A model generated the notes under the pieces. That model searched no databases. It was not told where the DNA came from and saw nothing but the letters and a program-made list of their open reading frames with translations. The position numbers were made by a program, and so were the translations under genes. Of a stretch of DNA of 64,000 nucleotides, positions 58,567-64,000 are shown in pieces. This DNA is from Hormiphora californensis (Eukaryota; Animalia; Ctenophora): NCBI GenBank assembly GCA_020137815.1, contig CM035350.1:8308001-8372000 (forward strand), given 5' to 3'. Numbering within the stretch: the first letter of the stretch is position 1; each line of letters starts with the position of its first letter.

Positions 58567-59738
58567 TTAAAGAGTTGTAGAGAAGGGGAAGACAGATTTT
58601 GCACGTAGCACCGCATTCAAGTCGTGCCTCTCTCGGACTATGGAGCTGTGAAGGGTCGAGGTACTGGTAGGATTGGCTGCTGCCCATGCTCTATTGTACT
58701 GCCGCTCTGGAAATGGGAGAAGGGATTGAAACATTTCAATGTAACCGCTTTGGGCTTGCCTAGCTAGACTCTGTTTCGTGCGCCCCGCCCGCGAAACACA
58801 AATGTAAAGGAGGGTTAGAACATAACACCTCTGGGCGTGGGAAGTTGGATTGAAACATTGGTCGGGAGGTTGCTAGAAAGCTACCTGAGCTGGACCCTTG
58901 TCCCTGTTATAGCTGTCCCAACTGTGACTCACAATGTCATCTAAATAATACCTTTAGCGGAGGATGTCGGTTTGAAGTCGCTCCTCTTTGTCTGTAGAAA
59001 CAAGTTAAACATATTTCCAGAGAAGGAGCTCTCTCTTCTCATCAGTTTCCTCTTGGCAACTTTCCAGCCAGCGGAAGGTGCCGCTGGTGGTGGTCCATGA
59101 TAGTGTCCTGGCCTAGATACCGGGGCCTCAGGTGGGGGTGGTGGCACTGTGCTGTTCTCTACTAATCCACTACTGCGCCCACCACTCTCTGATTGCAGTT
59201 TCTTTCGTGCTGGCTGAGATCTCACAACCTGCAGGGAAATTATTGAACGGAGTGTTTTGGAGCTTGCATTTGCATCGATGGGCTTTTGCATACTCATAAC
59301 CAAGTTTTGTCAGAAAGGGCCTACCTTTCTCTGCATGTCAGCGATGATTTGCTGTGAGAACTTTTCAAACATCTTCCTCACACACTCTGGATCAGATCTC
59401 ATGTCCCGGGCAGCAGCCTCCAGGAAACATTCCTCTGACCGGGGTAGGTCCGGGTACACTTTACACCGCACCTTGAAATGGGGGTCAGGGGGTTATAAAT
59501 ATCATGGAAGGCAGGTTGGAATTGGAAATGGTGAAAGTTGCAATACATTGTATTTGTGGGATGTCTCAGACAGTGTCTGGCGCCGGCCGAGGCCAGACCC
59601 AGTTTTGATCTCAAATGCGTTAAATCGACTCGACCAGATTATGGGGATCTTGCATGGTTGCAGTAACAATCAAGGGGGATTAGTACCTACTGCATTCGGT
59701 ACAACTGCAGATACCCACGGCCACGTTGAACATTCCAT
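58567..59738 (-). CDS. Putative multi-exon orphan gene, unknown product (boundaries tentative)
   Basis: In-phase GT-AG-bounded open segments: IPIIWSSRFNAFEIK..HKYN | VRCKVYPDLPRSEECFLEAAARDMRSDPECVRKMFEKFSQQIIADMQRK | VVRSQPARKK..PPPPPEAP..GWKVAKRKLMRRESSF..SAK. The first and last exons are ambiguous. Confidence 0.4.
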
Positions 59739-59852
59739 ACTCTGATCACCTGCTCTGTGGCTCCTCACGATCCCCTTCACAATGAGATTGGTAAACACAC
59801 ACATCCCCCAGATTCACACTACTCTACAGTTCTACACACGTGTTTGCTTGCT

Positions 59853-61093
59853 ATGCCCAAAGCTGTCCAACCCTCAATTGGGGCTCCTAGGACGCCCCTC
59901 CAGCGACCCATGAAGAAACTGCCTCGGATCGAGAGGAGTGAGAGTAGGACAACTATCACAGAACCCCTTGTGGATCGATCTCAGTACTCCAAGTTCAGCA
60001 GGTCAGTGATATCAGCTGTCTGGCGGCACTGCGCTCAGATCGGGTCGGCGCTGCCAGACAGGTGATCAGCTACCTCATATCTTGTTGAAGGAAGGGTCTC
60101 ATACAGGGCCACTTTTTCTGTTTTCTGCAGTGTGTGAAAACTAGTATAATTATAACATGGTGGCAGCCTGTAGGTCTCGAGCTTTGTTAAAAGTTCCATG
60201 TCTCAACTTCAAGCTGGTGTTATTGTTAACTCAATAAACACGCAAGTCAATCACACAACAGCTCGTACTACTAGCTGTCTGAGTGTCTGGCGCCGCTGAC
60301 CCCATCTGAGCGCACTGTCGTGAGAATCAAATTGGGGTATGGCGCCGCCATACAGACTACTAGTGGCTTGTTGAGTAACTCAACAACTATTGGCACTGGT
60401 AGTGTCACTGGAAGTGGTACCCTCAATTTCACACCATGTTACAGGACTAGTTCAATCGATCAAGCTCCTCTACCGGCTGCAGCAGCTGCAGAAAGCCCTG
60501 ACAGTGATCTGATAACAAAAACAAAGGAGACAATCCGAGAGATGGAGAGACGGAGTTCTGTTCTGAGAGCTAGCAGGGAGAACTCAATAACTAACTCAAT
60601 GGCTGTGAGACAGAGTCTGAAAGGGACGACTGGAACCCCAAAACTACCCCCAATCATCCGGAGGACCAGCATGGGACGGGATAGCATGTTCAATTTGAAT
60701 AGGAAACAGAGAGGTAGCGTCGCTCCGTCGGGCATCGTTAGTCAGGTAACGGGGGACCTATCCAAGAAGTTAACACGGGTGAAATCGAACAACAAACAAG
60801 GCCCAAAAGTGACATTTGCGGGGAAATCTACCACACCCACTAAGATTAGGATCCGGTCGGTTTCTCTTGATTTGAGGTGGGAGAGGGAGGAGAAGGAGAG
60901 GAGGAAGGCTGAAAGTGGTGCGGTAGAAAGGACGTGTAGATCTGCACGTGCCCGAATGATTTTACACAGTTTAAAGCCCGATATCAAAATACCGCCAAAG
61001 AAATCTACCTCGCCGAGAAGAATCAATTTCCATCGGGCAGTGATTGCTGTAAAGGCTAGCAACCTTATAACGAACAGGGTTTGGAGGTGGTAG
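59853..61093 (+). CDS. Putative 2-exon basic, Ser/Arg/Lys-rich orphan protein (about 285 aa)
   Basis: Exons 59853-60061 and 60445-61093 join in phase (AG|gtgatc...tacag|G). No recognisable domain. Confidence 0.5.
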
Positions 61094-61439
61094 TGGGTAC
61101 GGATCGAGAAATTTCTGGGTCTATATCGGGAGCATCAGTGGTTGGCCCACCAAATCCAATGATGAAAAACATTCCTGGTGTCTAGTCCTATGGCCAACCC
61201 AGTGCCGGTTGAATTCCCTCCTGCACTCACTCAACAACCATAGTTGAACCCAATCGTAGTACCTTTCTCTCCATGTATTGTATCCGCTTGGTCAATGTTC
61301 AGCTGTATTGACAATGATGTTCAGCAAAGGATAGTATAAACAGAAAAACAGTGACTTGCTTGATAGCGAAATAATTATTGACCGTGCCGGAGCACCATGT
61401 TATACAGATATAGATAGATAGAGAGAGATAGATAGAGAG

Positions 61440-61514
<75 letters not shown>

Positions 61515-61676
61515 GAGATAGAGAGAGAGGCATTAGGCAATGTGTGTCCTAATACCACGTGACCAATAAGCTGAGTTCCAGAGAGTAGAGAGCTGCTACC
61601 TGCGGGGCTATCTCTCTCTTTCCCTCTCTCTATCTTCCACTCTATGACTATCACTCCATCACACATAGCAGGCAAC

Positions 61677-64000
61677 TCAGCGAGGGCGCCTGGACGGTCT
61701 CGTGGACGTCTCATTAAGGGGCACTGTCTTTATTTCAAAATCATCTGAACTCGCCCCACTACTCTCTTCGTCCTCTTCACTCGACATTTGCCTTTTGGCC
61801 CTCCTTAATTGTCTCTTTTTCTGTTCTTTCTTCACGGCTGGTCTTGTCTTCTGGGAGGGCCGGGGTGGAGCACTTGATCCAATTCTAGGGCTTCCCTGGG
61901 ACCCACCATCGAGCCGGTTGTGACATGCCTTTATCCTGTCCTCCAAATCGGCCAATAATTCCTCGCCACCCTTCACGCTCTTCTTGCTCTTCTCCAGGAT
62001 CAGACTGAAATTCTCATAAACGGTCCCGTCAGACAGTTTGTCCTGGTAGCACGCAAAGTTTTCCTGGAGTCTCTTCAAGGATCGGTCGTTGTAGGTGATG
62101 AGGGTGAGACAGTAGGACATGTCGTGCCATTGGCTATCACATCTTGTTGCACGTAGCCTGACAATGGAAGTGAGGAGTTAGGGATTCAGACAATAAATTA
62201 TTTGAGAATTGACAAAGTGTGTGAGCATTACGATTAAAATATATTTTTGTCAATAAATTGTACAAGATATATTGAGTATGTTTCTCTGTTACCTGTGACA
62301 CAGTTTTTCCACCAGAGATTCCTTCTGTTTTTCCTTATCAACAAACTCAAACAAGAACCGCATGATTCGTTCAAATTGCTCCTTATCCCGTCCACTGTCC
62401 GGATCGGAGAGATGCGAGATGAGATCTGGCATGACATTATATATTGCATTGGGTTTGTGGCTTAGCTCCGAGAAGAACATCTTGGTGAGAGATCTAATCC
62501 GAGGGTCGTCATCCTCTAGACACCGTGCAAGTTGGGAGATATTCCCCTTAACTTTTACCATATCATTTAGGATCAGGTTTGTCAGAGTTCGGACTGTCGT
62601 ACACCGGACAGTTGTGCTGGGATCCTTGAGTCTCGCGTACACTTTGTCTGTCCAGGTGACCAGGAGATTTGGGAACCTGGGTGGGAGATATCAGAGGTTA
62701 GCATTAGATTACACTACCCTCCGTGTTTATCTTCGTACTATCCCCAAATCATTCAGGGGGCCCTTCAGGGGTTAGCACCGCAATACTCAATAGAAACCTG
62801 TAGGGTATTATATGGAAGGGGGCTAGCTACATGAAAGTGGGGAGGTGATGCAATTGGAAATATAGGGGAGGTACTGAGGTAGCTACAATGTAGCTACTAC
62901 ATACAGTGTTCATACAGTGTTCCAGAACTTACCGTATAATCATATCATGTAACAGGACCATAATATTACACCTTGTCCCCTCCTGTGAACTCTTCTCCAG
63001 CAGAGTAAACACCAACTGAAGGTGCCTCTCACACTCCCTCCTGCTGGCTAACATCACTTTACACAGAGCTACAGAGGCTGCGTTCTGGATCCGGGGGCAG
63101 GGGAAGGAGTCAGGGGAGGATGCTATTTGGACCACCATGGGGATAAAGGGCGACACAGAACGGAGTGCTTCCTCTCCTTTCTCGTCCTCGTCCTCTTCTT
63201 CGTCTGTTGGGGGTAGTGATTCCAGGTAGACTAGGTTACACAGGGCTATCTGACCAATCACACTGAGCAATCTCTCAACCAGTTCACCGCCGTTATCCTG
63301 TCGAAGGGAGATTGGTGTTATTCAGATGGCCTGTGGATTTCAAAACGTCTAATTCTTAATAAACTAGGAGCAGGGGAGCTCTTATACAGATATGCAAATC
63401 AAAAGTTCACCATTTAGAGATATATCATACCTTTTCTTGGCTTGTTTTCTCCAGCATCTTGGCAAGTAGCCCAGTGACGACCTGTTGGGGCTCACTGCAC
63501 ATCACAAAGAGAGCCTTGATGGCCTCATCCGCAAAACTCATCCAGTCCACTTTTGGGAGGTGAAGGGTGTCAATCAGTTTGGATAGCACGCTACTAGGAA
63601 CACGATGATTCGATTCCAGCCGAACAAAGTCCTGAAAGAGAGAGGATTGGATTGGAGTAACGATAGTGACATAGTGTTGCCTCAAAGAAATAAGAATACT
63701 GTTACAGTGCTGCTTGTAGTCGTATTACCGTAATGGAAATACAGTAATGAGACGTGCACGTTGCATAACGCGCGGCAAAAAGTGTATGTGTTCAGCACGT
63801 ACTAGCGCCCTGATTGGCCACGGTTGCGCGTCGTCTTACTGTATCTCCGTTTTCCATTACCGTTTTCCCACTATAACAAGCGACCGTGTTAACCATGTTC
63901 CAAGTGTGTAGTATGAAGTGAAAACTGTACCTTCATTGTTGCAGCCTCCTGAAAGAGTTTGCATGTATCACGTGCCAGCTCAACTGTACCAGCCAGACCC
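61677..64000 (-). CDS. NCAPD2: Condensin I complex subunit 1 (CAP-D2/Cnd1), 3' portion; runs off the window
   Basis: Exons >64000-63931, 63631-63431, 63297-62933, 62676-62293, 62157-61677. Motifs HLQLVFTLLEKS, RFPNLL, LTNLILNDMVKVKG, FFSELSHK.NAIYNVMPDLISHLS and ESLVEKLCHR. Confidence 0.93.

Overview
Eukaryotic (animal) genomic DNA with GT-AG introns, many (GA)n/(CT)n microsatellites, many small inverted-repeat elements, an assembly gap (47112-47211) and several error-rich stretches. Its repeats resemble ones I recall from the ctenophore Pleurobrachia, but this is unverified. Genes assembled by hand from the sequence: ELMOD3-like (-), intronless DNAAF4 (+), 12-exon CCT7 (+) with a convergent tRNA-Trp pair in intron 9, two tandem intronless G-alpha-i genes (-), 9-exon PSME3 (+), a PLXDC-like receptor (-), MAF1 (+), two orphan gene candidates, and the 3' part of NCAPD2 (-). 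The most unusual item is an intact 486-aa ORF (52083-53543, -) that fuses a complete AlkB/2OG-Fe(II) dioxygenase domain to a complete SGNH esterase domain. It lies just upstream of a co-oriented CR1/L2-type LINE ORF2 C-terminal remnant, so it may be a LINE ORF1 carrying a nucleic-acid demethylase, or a domesticated derivative. Other highlights: patchy gene conversion and variant motifs in the G-alpha pair, an ELMOD lacking its arginine finger, an operon-like DNAAF4-CCT7 junction, and repeated tandem amplification of splice signals.
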